A stretch of 64,000 bases of DNA from Squalus acanthias (Eukaryota), in NCBI GenBank assembly GCA_030390025.1, contig JASTWF010000361.1, forward strand, positions 124,001 to 188,000, given 5' to 3'. A program made the translations under genes and the position numbers. Positions 25,089 through 36,605 of the stretch are shown in pieces (within the stretch, counting starts at the first letter, position 1; each line of letters begins with the position of its first letter). The notes beneath the pieces were generated by a model that was not told the origin of the DNA, searched no databases, and saw only the letters and a list, made by a program, of their open reading frames with translations.

Positions 25089-27440
25089 TTACACTGCGCT
25101 CTCATCGTGCACGCGCACGTAACGTTCTCGCCACTCTCCCGTGTTCTCATGCTTGGTGAGGCGCTTGTCTCTTTTACAATGTATGAACAAAAGGTATACT
25201 ACAATAAACACTTGACAGACGACTAAAATGTGGGAGGCTATTCTGACCCATGAGGGCACTTCAATATTCGTGAACAGATTCCACCACGGTGGAACCACTA
25301 TGTCCAAAATGTCTGTACCTATCTCGACGGTTTTCTGTTCTAAAGTATAGAAATGCTTTTGTGACACCGCGACGGCTTTCAGAAGTTTGGTTAAATGCTC
25401 GGGGAGAGGGGGAATGAGGTACCCAAAATGTGCGACAAATCGCTGCAAGTCGGTAAAATTCTCTTTTACTGTGAGATGAACAGTGGATGGTTCAGGGATT
25501 GGGATAATTCGCTGTTGTGCTACTTGAACTTCAGCCCTGGGTTTAAAACAGAAACTGCTGTCACTCACCGGACACCGGCTACGGTTTCCATGCTGGTAGT
25601 GTTGCGCTGCAGTGGTAACACAATATGTTCCACCCCCGATGTATGCTACCTGCGGAGGCACATGATCTTGTGCCATTGCCTCCATGGTGCAATTCATGGA
25701 CTTGGCGCCAGCCGTTCTGAACCCGCACTGTGGTGTTAAAAAGGCATTCAAGTGCTGGGGGCACAGTATTATGTGTGCTCCCCTGCCACGACAACCAGAG
25801 AGATCTGTACCTGTCATCGTTTGCTCCCAGCGGATGACGTAAGGTGGAACCGCTGCATAACGAATGTGGGCTCCCCCCTGAATGACACCAATGTTCTCTA
25901 CCCGATACACCGGGGCGGGCTTTGCTGTGTTGCCCAAAACCGGCATGCGTAATACTATTCCCATAATAGTATGGTTTGAACGTCCGCAGTCCACGGGGAC
26001 TGGGTAAGCTTCTGAAGCTAGCCTGAGCTGGCACGGACTTAATGCATTCTGAAAAGGGTGGAGCGCCCGCAGGTGTTTGTTACTTATCCAGGACGGGACC
26101 AAACCTTGTTTTAAATCCTCCAAATTACTGCGGCCCTCGCCCAGTAACCACGCCCCGTAAAGCACGCACACCTCGTTCTGCGCAGCTTGATCGGATGCAT
26201 TCCGATCTTCCCTAATCAGGGCATTTACCGTACGCGCATGTTTCTCCAGCTCTGCTATAATCTCTTTTAAGTGTAGTGTCATGGCTTGGTCCTCGTGCAG
26301 ACCCGACCCTACCACTTTATTCTCATCTGTGAGAATATCCTTTAACTGTGTTTTTAAACCATTAATCTGGGTCTGCAGCTCCACACTGTCTAGAGCGTTG
26401 ACCACAGATGTCCCTGTGTTAAAAGCAGTGAACGCATCGTTCACCAAACCCCTTCTTTGCCTCCCAACTTGGTCCAAAACTTCCTGCGGTGCGGTGTATA
26501 AACTTGTCTTATCAATTTCCGCGAAATCGAACTCGTAAAACTGCCTGAACATCTTGGTCAACAGGACCTGGTACAACTGTTCCGTCTTTTTGGGGCACCA
26601 CTCTGGTAACCGTACCTCAGTGAGATTTAAAATCACCGAGGCCACCGCGTAATGCACCCCCTGAAATAGTATCTGGTCTGTGGGGACCAGTACCAAACCG
26701 TTCCCGGGTCCCTTACTAGTTTTAGGGCACCCTTCTTCCTCAGTTAGAACTACCGGAATCGTGGGCGGGGCTTTGCGTGGGCGCGTAATGAGCTCAGTGG
26801 CATTTACTGGGATCGGGGAGAATGGGGCTCCGCACCCCCTGGTGCTCGCATCCCACCTCATCCCCTGTCCGTTATCCTGCCACTGGTTAATAAAGAATAT
26901 GGAGATGCCTTTGGGGCAAACGTACTTTGACCCCCACATACAAACATAAATCCCCTCATCTGGTTCCCACCATTTGTCCCAACAGACTTTCACTTGTCCA
27001 TCTGTCCCCGTAATTGTCCGATGGGTATTATTACCCAGTCGCTCCCACTCAACCGAAGAGTTCCTCATAGTTTTGCTCAGCTTTCGCAGCCACCACCATC
27101 GGCTCAATGGGACATTCCCACTGCAGGTCAAACAAATCCGTTTGCCGACGGTGACGCTGATCCTGGGTGCGATGATCCGTACTTTGGGGCACATTAAAGA
27201 AGTCTCTTTGTAGGCGAACCCCGATGTGCTGGAATACTCCGTTGAGTTCGTTCCCAGCCATCCTGGCCACCTTCCCTTGTGGAAATAGGTGCTGGTCCCT
27301 TCTGCCTTCCGTCTCCCGGTCCCATCCACCGCGATGGGGGCCGTGTCCCCGGAACATCCAAACACCACGACATCCTTGGTGAGGCCCCGATAGGCCAATC
27401 CACATCCGATTGCCACGAGCAATACTATGAGTCGTTCCAT
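25089..27440 (-). CDS. env: Intact envelope glycoprotein, 783 aa (signal peptide, Ig-like domain, furin site, class I fusion module, TM, tail)
   Basis: Signal MERLIVLLVAIGCGLA; RQRR|GLVNDAFTAFNTGTSVVNAL cleavage site and fusion peptide; heptad repeats; Cys-rich block; TM IASHILVVCQVFIVVYLLFI; several N-X-S/T sites; lies just upstream of the PPT and 3' LTR. Confidence 0.93.
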   Translation of the reverse strand: MERLIVLLVAIGCGLAYRGLTKDVVVFGCSGDTAPIAVDGTGRRKAEGTSTYFHKGRWPGWLGTNSTEYSSTSGFAYKETSLMCPKVRIIAPRISVTVGKRICLTCSGNVPLSRWWWLRKLSKTMRNSSVEWERLGNNTHRTITGTDGQVKVCWDKWWEPDEGIYVCMWGSKYVCPKGISIFFINQWQDNGQGMRWDASTRGCGAPFSPIPVNATELITRPRKAPPTIPVVLTEEEGCPKTSKGPGNGLVLVPTDQILFQGVHYAVASVILNLTEVRLPEWCPKKTEQLYQVLLTKMFRQFYEFDFAEIDKTSLYTAPQEVLDQVGRQRRGLVNDAFTAFNTGTSVVNALDSVELQTQINGLKTQLKDILTDENKVVGSGLHEDQAMTLHLKEIIAELEKHARTVNALIREDRNASDQAAQNEVCVLYGAWLLGEGRSNLEDLKQGLVPSWISNKHLRALHPFQNALSPCQLRLASEAYPVPVDCGRSNHTIMGIVLRMPVLGNTAKPAPVYRVENIGVIQGGAHIRYAAVPPYVIRWEQTMTGTDLSGCRGRGAHIILCPQHLNAFLTPQCGFRTAGAKSMNCTMEAMAQDHVPPQVAYIGGGTYCVTTAAQHYQHGNRSRCPVSDSSFCFKPRAEVQVAQQRIIPIPEPSTVHLTVKENFTDLQRFVAHFGYLIPPLPEHLTKLLKAVAVSQKHFYTLEQKTVEIGTDILDIVVPPWWNLFTNIEVPSWVRIASHILVVCQVFIVVYLLFIHCKRDKRLTKHENTGEWRERYVRVHDESAV

Positions 27441-27677
27441 CCTTCCTTGGTTCCTGTGATCAGATAGAATGAGGTAGCCAGCCTCGCAAAAAGTCTCTGG
27501 CTTTTGTGAAGGGTGAGCGGGTCCCCTGACCTCGCCTCACGTAAACTTCAACGTTTGCTGAACAGACTTCCTCTAAACCTAGCCTTAAAACTCCCATCAT
27601 TTGTCGTTATCTGTTAAAAACACTACAAACTTAAACTTATTAAAACTACTTAAAACTTTAAACTAAAACTTAAAACC

Positions 27678-28885
27678 TTAAACTAATAACTTTACAATGC
27701 CGCCCGTTCTCAGGGCGGCCCCTTTAAATCCTGAGAAGGCTGCTGCGAGCTCTTCCCGACGGTGGGAGGGCACTGACCCTTCCTTCTGATCTGCCGCAGC
27801 CTGTTGCTGCGCTGACCCTTTCCTCTGATCTGCCGCAGCCTGTTACTGCTTCGATGTGGCCTGTCTCTACCCGGGTTATCTTAATCTGAAACTTACGCCC
27901 TGGGGCATCCTGTGGACCTGACCACGTCTTCCTGGGCTGGGGTGCTCTGCTTGACCTACGGGGAACTGCTATGGGCGGGGGCTCCGTGACGGACGGACCG
28001 GGTCCCGAGACCTTCAACGGGATGACCTGGGGTTCCATCACAGGCGCCAGCCCCGCCTCCGCTGACTCCGCCTCCCTAACCTCGGGGCTGGCAGTTCGGG
28101 GCCCCGCCCTGCTCGGCCCAGCAGGCAGGCCCTTCACTCGCGAACTCTGCCTCCCCTGAGGACTGGACGTTTACAGCGGGCGGCCACACCTCTGGGAACC
28201 ACATAGCGGCTGGCCCGGCCTCCTCTAGCTCCTTCCTCCTGCTGTCGGGACCTGCAGCTTGTGTGTCCACCCCGTATGGATCTCTACCTAGCGGCCCCAA
28301 TCCTTCCAGACCGTTCCTCTGAAACCACCCGTCATCATCACTATGCTCATCTGCACTATCCTCATCTGACCAGGGTACCCTGGGGTCCTCGTCATCTAAC
28401 CCCCAACTCCAGAAAAACGCTGCATGATCGTCCGGGATGTCCCTTCCCCTGATGCAAGCTGCTACGCCTGCCTGTGTGCCTTGTGGTCCTACCTGGGGCT
28501 GTGCTTTCCCCACTCGCAGGTCTGGCCCCTCCCTTAAGACAGGCCACCGCCCCTGCTTGTTTCTGTGAAATCTCACCTGCTGGAGGCTGCAGATTTCTAT
28601 CCTGTTTTAAATCCTCATACTCCCTGCTCTGGCTACCCTGTAGGCTGCTTTTATCTCTCTAAGCTGCCCTTCTAGCCTGAGCACGTCTAACTTTCCCATT
28701 GATCGGGCGTTCTCCTCCCGCAGGGTCTGCTCTCTAAGCTGCCCTTCCAGCCCATCTATTCTCCCTATTAAGCGGGCGTTCTCCTCCCGCAAGGCCTGCT
28801 CTTTTAACCTGGCCTCCTCACCGCAGACCCCCTCCTGTGCGTGTCTTTTAAAAGGACACAGGTAGGCAGGCTGCGTGGGCTCTAG
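27678..28885 (-). pseudogene. ORF-X, unit 2; several 1-nt indels (~28630, ~28505, ~28125, ~27780)
   Basis: Near-identical DNA to 20046-21251, broken into 61, 166 and 137 aa pieces in the ORF track. Confidence 0.75.
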
Positions 28886-30696
28886 TCATTGGGTACTATT
28901 AGACGGTCCTGCGGCACCTACGGGGCCGGTTGCGACCGCCACCTGTCCACGCGCATTCAAAACCATCTTGCGCATGACTCCTAACACTGCCTCGAGGTCT
29001 TCGGGAGAGGTGGGTACCTTTGCTTCCTTAGCCGGGACAGGCGCCTGGGCTCGGACCGCGGGATTCTTATCCTTGGAATCCTTCCAAGGGTTCCTGCAGT
29101 GCTTGCGCCAGTGCCCTGTCTTCCCACACCCGTAACAGGCATTACTTGCCTGTGGGGCGCGATTACCCTCCTGATGCCACTCTCTTTGAGCCGGGGCTGC
29201 GGGTCGTACCTCATGTACTCTTCCCTTAAAGGGACGTGTCGCCATACCCCTTATGTTACGGTAACCTAACGTGAGTCGATTCAAGACCGACTCTTCCGTA
29301 AGGTTGAGGTCATTGGGATCGAACCAGGCTTTTGCCTGCTCTCTAACGGCTGGTAAACTGTTGGCTATTATGCACCTAAGCCAATGAATTAAAGCGGCGC
29401 CTTCCACATCTTCGCGCTCGGGCGCACCTAGACAGCTGCGCTCATATACTGGCCACAGCCTGTCGGCAAAAACCTTCGGGGGTTCTCCCTCCATCTGCAC
29501 TGTCTGTCCCACTCTAGCAAACGGACCTCCGTCGTTCGCTCCCACTACTTCTAGGACCTCATTTTTCAATTCCTCATAACTTTTATTACCCCTCTTGCTA
29601 TCGCCTGAGAGACACTGAAGGACCGAGCTATCTAAAGAGAACAGCAGCATTTTTGCTGTCTCCCCATCATCGCAGCCGTTAATGGCTGCGGCTTGCTCAA
29701 CTTCCCTAAAATGTACGGAAGGGTCGTCTATCTCGGTCAGCTTCCTTACGTGGTTTATCATAGCCCTCAGCTGATGTGAACTGTGAGGCAACACCAGCTG
29801 TCCGAGGAGATCCCCCGGTTCTTCCCCACCGTTTCTGCTTGGGCCCCTTTTAATCCCCGTTACTGGATACAACGATCCCTTTTCTACCTCTTTTCAACGG
29901 GCTCTTTCGCTTCTTCCGTTGCTTCCTCCCTAACCCAGGTTTCTGAATAGCTGGGTGGCGCGGAGGGCGCAGTGGCTACTACCTCTTCTGCTTTACTTGG
30001 TGGGGAATTTCTAAATCTCTCATTTACTAGCGGCTGGCGTGCCGACGGATTAATAAGGCACACCATGCCGTTCGCATTATTCACGGCCTTTTTGAGGCTC
30101 TCTATCTCTTTTTCGCAGGCGCTATGGTCGGCTCCCTGAAACTTATCCTCAAGGGCCAACTTATACGCCGACCTAACCCCCATTAAGCTCTCTTCTTGAG
30201 TTCTTATCTGGGCAGCTTGACGGTTACATCTTTCCTTCATCCTACTCTCGTTTAATTTTGCTTCAGTGATCTGGCACTCGAGATACTCTACCCTTGTTTT
30301 AAGGTAGCTGGAGACTTCCTGGCTTTCCTGGCGTAACTCATTTAAACTCTTAATGAGCACCTCCCCTCCAGAAACCTTCTCCTCCATTTCCTCCTCTAAC
30401 TGCTTGATTCGAGCTGTTAGCGCTGTATTGGTCTGGTTTGAAATCTGAACCTGCCTTTTGTAGCACATAAGCCAGACTGCTTTCTCAACTGCCTTTTTAT
30501 GCTCCTTACTATCCGTCCACCTTTCAGCTGCCTCTAGTGGGCTCTTATCCGCTAACAATTCGCTTATCCACTTTTTCGTTAGATTAACCTTTCCAAACAC
30601 GTAATCCGCTATCTTTTCCTGCATCACATTTCGTACAGTCATTCCAAAATCCAACACACCACCCTCTCGCTGCCAATGTCCTGCCGCGGTCGCCAT
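28886..30696 (-). pseudogene. gag: Gag, unit 2; same 1-nt deletion as unit 1 (~29890)
   Basis: 270 + 328 aa pieces nearly identical to unit 1, with the CCHC knuckle. Confidence 0.9.
30678..30695 (-). promoter_or_regulatory. Primer-binding site, unit 2 (tRNA-Arg-like)
   Basis: Identical 18-mer to 23044-23061. Confidence 0.85.
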
Positions 30697-30700
30697 TTTC

Positions 30701-32298
30701 TGTAAGGGATACTCTCCTGACCCTGCGTGTCTCGTAGCCTGTGAGGTTCACGCGGCTCTGTGCAGCCTGTATGTCAGTGCGGGTCTAGGCCTGGTCTCCA
30801 GCCAGTCTGGGAACACTAGACACCCCTGTGAGTGGTTCGAATCACTCTCCCTTACGGTTCTAGACACTGGACTTAGATGCGAGAGCAGCAATGGAGATAA
30901 AACTCATGTAGACTTGGTTTGAACGGTACGAAATGGAAAATCTTTATTGCATGATACTTAAAATTATGAAATACATGTCATATGCACAGATTAATGACAG
31001 TACAATCTTACAAACAGTTATAATCACTCTTAGGGAAACGAGGAACGACCAGCACAACGTAAATAGGGCACACATTACAAATATCCTTACTTTAAACCCT
31101 CCCCTATCAATAACTATCCTAAAACTAGCTTCGTAGGATCCCGAGACTCATGCTCACCACTCGTAATAACTCGGAGAAATCCCGAATAGCTGATCGGATG
31201 TTTTTCACCGCAGCACCCACGTGTTGGTCAGGAGATCTCCTGGTCCCACTTGTTTACTGCTTCTGCTGCTCGGTCAGTCGGCTGGACCGTCCGCTGTAGT
31301 GAAGACCTCTGTTGGTGGACTTTACAGTTCAGTCGAGGAGCACCGTTGTCAATATCATTGATACGATGTGTTTGCACAGTCCAGTTATCGTCGATGCAAT
31401 ATGTCTTGTTAAAGAAGAAACTTCGTTGTCAAGAAGACTTGGCTGATCGACCTACAGGCGCGGTCGGGATTTACTGACCGTGGCGATGGATAAGGTCTTC
31501 TTCTCTTCTCCTCTCATCTCATCTCATCTCATCTCATCCCGGGCCTTCGGTTCCGCTGCCAGCTACCAACATAGGTCTTTGCAACAGTCTTGTACCCAGG
31601 AGCAGCCACGATGATAACAGCGGCAAGCGGCAAGAGTCACGAACACGAGGCAGGAGCAAGAACCAAGAGTCAAGAGACAGAATGGACGGTTTGGGCCTGC
31701 AATTATAGTGCACAGTTCTTCCGTTTCCCGCCCAACTACAATGTCCATTCTTTTGTTTAAGGTTTGGCGCCCAAAAAGTCCTGTATGGGTGATCTCTGTC
31801 CTTAATGGGTTTCGGGGCTACTCCTGAATGTTTGAGTACCTGTTAATATTTCTCCCATTGTTAAATCGGTCGGTGTTCCCCCTGGAGGGGTTTGGGGCTT
31901 CCAAGTGTCCTGTATAACTACCTGCTAACGGCTCTCTCATCGTAGAGCCGTTGGGAGTTTACATACTAATGTCCTTTGGATGGGCCCTTGATGGCTTTCC
32001 TTTGTACCTGGGAGACCGATCCCAGTATCGATGTTTATACTGTAAACCCATAATGTCCTGTGTATTGTCTTCACTGTGCTGAATCGTTATCGATCCTGCA
32101 AAAATGTTTATTGGAACGCCATCTTGTCTGCCTGCCGAAAAGTCTCGAATGTTCTGTCACGCGGTGCGGCGGCCATTTTACAGGCTGCTTGTGTCCAATT
32201 TAAACCTGACAGCATTCCGCTGAAAATAAAGCTGTTTTGAATGAAACTTGTGTTTTCTCCTTATTAAAAATGAAATCGCGATAATTGCGAATTCTACA
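30701..32298 (-). repeat. LTR3 (internal, type B, 1598 bp); abuts truncated pol without a PPT
   Basis: Same termini; shares diagnostic blocks with LTR2. Confidence 0.96.
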
Positions 32299-34795
32299 CT
32301 TGGACGGTCTTAAGGTCTAGGGGCAATGCTACCCTGGTGTTCCCGGTATTCCCGTCCCCGCCTCGGACCGCTGCTATGGGTCCGGTTCCATAGGGGTTCC
32401 AGAAAGTACCGTCGCGGGCACCCTCCCTGGCTAGCGCATCCGCCTGCCGGTTGCCCTCCCCACGGGGCTCTGTGGAGGAGTGAGCTTTCACCTTATGGAT
32501 GAAAATCTCCCCTTCCTCCCCTACTGCTGCTGCTAAGATCTTCTCCAGCAAGGGCTTTACCGTTAAAGGTCGCCCGTCCGCGGAGGTGTATCCACGGCGG
32601 GACCAAATGGCCAGGTATTCCGTACACGAATTGCAGGTGAACATACTGTCCGAGCAAATCGTGTATGGGGTTGGGAAAATGTCTGGGTGGGTTACCACGT
32701 ACACCACGGCAGACAGCTCAGCCTGCTGCGCGCTCATGGTGCTAGGGAGCTTGATCGCCAGGGCAAGGTCTGCCGCAGGGTCATAAACTCCACACCCTGT
32801 GAGTCGCTCGCCAGCAGATACTGTGCTAGACCCATCAACATAAATCTCGCGCCCAGTGGGATGTATCCCGGCCCGTAAACCTATGTTGACTTCCCACACC
32901 CCCTCCACCGAACACCGGTGGGCTGTACCGGGGTATACCAAATTGGCCGCAAGCCTGGGCTCGCAAAGACCTTTTACTCTGATGTCCAACTGGGAGAGAA
33001 GAAGGGTCCAACGCGCAATGCGTGCGCTGCTTACGGTCCCGTCTTTAATCCTCCCATCCAGAAGCATCTTAGTTGGTGTGTGATGTGTGAGGAGAGTGAT
33101 GGGAGAGAGCCCTGTGAAGATCGCTGATCTTTTCACAGCCCAATGCGTGGCTAAAAGGTGCCTTTCGCAATTGGAAAAACTTCTCTCCACATCCGTTAAT
33201 ACCCTGGATGAATAGACAACCGGCCTTAGCTTGCCGTGACGCTCTTGGAGCAGCACGGCGCTTAAGCTGTCTCCGCTGGCAGCTACCTCCAGGAAAAACT
33301 CCTTCCCCCCATCTATGGCCCCTAAGGCTGGCGCGGTCTGCAGATCCCTTTTTAACTTCTCGAAGGCTGCTTGGCAGCCCTCGTCCCAAAGCCACTCTAC
33401 TCCCTTATGGAGGAGTCGGAGGAGCGGCGCCGCTGTGGCCGCATAATCCTCGATAAAATCCCTGCAGTAACCGGTCAGTCCCAAGAAGGACCTCACACCC
33501 CTTACGTTGTTGGGAATCGGTAATTCTTGTACCGACTCCCTCCTTGCTTTGTCTATGGCTCTTTCCCCAGCGCGTAGGGTCAGTCCCAGGAATTTTACTT
33601 CCTGCTGACCGATACGTGCTTTCTTTGGGTTTACTTTAAAACCCTTTCTCGCTAACAGCTCCAATAACTCGTCCAGCAGTGGTCCGTGCTCCTCCCTTGA
33701 GTCCGTAAATAGGAGCAAATCATCCACATACTGTACTATCTGATTGGGCTGACTAAACTCCTTTAAACTTCCTGCCATACACTGGTGAAAAATACTGGGG
33801 CTATTGTGGAAACCTTGTGGCAAGCAGTTCCACGTGTACTGTTGCCCTTTAAACGTAAAGGCAAACTTGTACTGGTCCTCTCGCCGCAGCGGGATGGACC
33901 AAAAACCGTTCGAGATATCCAGCACCGTGAACGTGGTCGCGGACGCTGGGATGCTCCCTATTAGGTCAGCAACTGCTGCTACTGTGGGCGCGCAGGCGGG
34001 GATGTTACTGTTAAGGACTCTGTAGTCCACCGTGGCTCTCCACGAATTATCCGGCTTCCTAACCGGCCATAATGGGGAGTTCACGTGTGTGGCTATCGGC
34101 CTCAACACGCCCTGCTGCACCAAGGAAGACATTGCTGCCTCCATATCGGGTTCTGCTTCTTTGGGGAAGTTATACTGCTTTTGGGGTCGGGTCATGGGGT
34201 CCCCATCTACGCTGACCTCAAACCCGACCACCCTCCCACAATCGTGCTTGTGGGTTGCAAACGCGTGCATATTATCTGTCACGTACGTTTGCATGTCCGT
34301 TGGGACATCTGCGACCATAAGCCTGAGGTCGTAGCCTCCGGATGGCTGTACGGTACACAGGACCCCTGTTTCTTCCTCCCCTTGAATTACCATTACCTCG
34401 CCTTTTTCCCCTTTAGCCCCCCAGAGACAGTGATTTCTGAGGTCCACGAGGATCCCGTGTCCCGCTAGCAGATCGGACCCGAGAATACCTCTTCCACCCC
34501 CCTTTTGCCATGCCATTAGTATACACTTCCACTTAAGGCGAAGTGTCCCTAAACGAATGGATAGCGGGAGGGAAAACGTGCCAGCCTGTTCTTTCCCTGT
34601 GAACCCTGCTAGCGTGAATGGGACCTTGGTAGATAGCGGCGAGTCAAAAGGGTCATCTGTATGGATTATGGTGCAAGAAGCTCCCGTGTCCAACAAATAA
34701 CTGCCCTTTTGTTTCTCTACCTCCATCTCCACCACAGGTCGCCTCCACGCATCATAGCTGAGCGGACACAGGTAGACGGGCTGTGCTGGTTCTAG
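32299..34795 (-). pseudogene. pol: Pol: protease, reverse transcriptase, degenerate RNase H (tether) and RNase H; truncated before integrase
   Basis: YLLDTGAS and GILGSDLL (PR); NSPLWPVRKPD, VDYRVLN, LDISNGFW, LPQGFHNSP, YVDD (RT); FFLEVAAS...ERHLLA (tether); IYVDGSS, SAQQAEL, ICSDS, KVKAHS, GNRQADALA (RNase H). The frame ends at a TAG inside LTR3. Confidence 0.95.
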
Positions 34796-36605
34796 TCATG
34801 GGGCACTATTAGACGGTCCTGCGGCACCTACGGGGCCGGTTGCGACCGCCACCTGTCCACGCGCATTCAAAACCATCTTGCGCATGACTCCTAACACTGC
34901 CTCGAGGTCTTCGGGAGAGGTGGGTGCCTTTGCTTCCTTAGCCGGGACAGGCGCCTGGGCTCGGACCGCGGGATTTTTATCCTTGGAATCCTTCCAAGGG
35001 TTCCTGCAGTGCTTGCGCCAGTGCCCTGTCTTCCCACACCCGTAACAGGCACTACTTGCCTGTGGGGCGCGATTACCCTCCTGATGCCACTCTCTTTGAG
35101 CCGGGGCTGCGGGTCGTACCTCATGTACTCTTCCCTTAAAGGGACGTGTTGCCATACCCCTTATGTTACGGTAACCTAACGTGAGTCGATTCAAGACCGA
35201 CTCTTCCGTAAGGTTGAGGTCATTGGGATCGAACCAGGCTTTTGCCTGCTCTCTAACGGCTGGTAAACTGTTGGCTATTATGCACCTAAGCCAATGAATT
35301 AAAGCGGCGCCTTCCACATCTTCGCGCTCGGGCGCACCTAGACAGCTGCGCTCATATACTGGCCACAGCCTGTCGGCAAAAACCTTCGGGGGTTCTCCCT
35401 CCATCTGCACTGTCTGTCCCACTCTAGCAAACGGACCTCCGTCGTTCGCTCCCACCACTTCTAGGACCTCATTTTTCAATTCCTCATAACTTTTATTACC
35501 CCTCTTGCTATCGCCTGAGAGACACTGAAGGACCGAGCTATCTAATGAGAACAGCAGCATTTTTGCTGTCTCCCCATCATCGCAGCCGTTGATGGCTGCG
35601 GCTTGCTCAACTTCCCTAAAATGTACGGAAGGGTCGTCTATCTCGGTCAGCTTCCTTACGTGGTTTATCATAGCCCTCAGCTGATGTGAACTGTGAGGCA
35701 ACACCAGCTGTCCGAGGAGATCCCCCGGTTCTTCCCCACCGTTTCTGCTTGGGCCCCTTTTAATCCCCGTTACTGGATACAACGATCCCTTTTCTACCTC
35801 CTTTTCAACGGGCTCTTTTGTTTCTTCCGTTGCTTCCTCCCTAACCCAGGTTTCTGAATAGCTGGGTGGCGCGGAGGGCGCAGTGGCTACTACCTCTTCT
35901 GCTTTACTTGGTGGGGAATTTCTAAATCTCTCATTTACTAGCGGCTGGCGTGCCGACGGATTAATAAGGCACACCATGCCGTTCGCATTATTCACGGCCT
36001 TTTTGAGGCTCTCTATCTCTTTTCGCAGGCGCTATGGTCGGCTCCCTGAAACTTATCCTCAAGGGCCAACTTATACGCCGACCTAACCCCCATTAAGCTC
36101 TCTTCTTGAGTTCTTATCTGGGCAGCTTGACGGTTACATCTTTCCTTCATCCTACTCTCGTTTAATTTTGCTTCAGTGATCTGGCACTCGAGATACTCTA
36201 CCCTTGTTTTAAGGTAGCTGGAGACTTCCTGGCTTTCCTGGCGTAACTCATTTAAACTCTTAATGAGCGCCTCCCCTCCAGAAACCTTCTCCTCCATTTC
36301 CTCCTCTAGATGCTTGATTCGAGCGGTTAGCGCTGTATTGGTCTGGTTTGAAATCTGACCTGCCTTTTGTAGCACATAAGCCAGACTGCTTTCTCAACTG
36401 CCTTTTTATGCTCCTTACTATCCGTCCACCTTTCAGCTGCCTCTAGTGGGCTCTTATCCGCTAACAGTTCGCTTATCCACTTTTTCGTTAGATTAACCTT
36501 TCCAAATACGTAATCCGCTATCTTTTCCTGCATCACATTTCGTACAGTCATTCCAAAATCTAACACACTACCCTCTCGCTGCCAGTGTCCTGCCGCGGTC
36601 GCCAT
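34796..36605 (-). pseudogene. gag: Gag, unit 3 (~603 aa reconstructed); two 1-nt deletions (~36358, ~36020)
   Basis: 92 + 120 + 399 aa pieces; continuous across the EKEVEKGSLYPV junction that is broken in units 1 and 2. Confidence 0.92.
36587..36604 (-). promoter_or_regulatory. Primer-binding site, unit 3 (tRNA-Arg-like)
   Basis: Identical 18-mer. Confidence 0.85.

Noticed and set aside
23067..32298. Simple nested insertion of LTR3-unit2-LTR2 into pol
   Set aside because: No TSD around LTR3/LTR2, and PBS-gag rather than the remainder of pol follows LTR2.
32294..34735. Ordinary Ty3/Gypsy retrotransposon or DIRS/tyrosine-recombinase element
   Set aside because: Tether plus second RNase H, env, late domains, TG..CA LTRs and a TSD fit an integrase-using retrovirus-like element; the missing integrase is explained by truncation.
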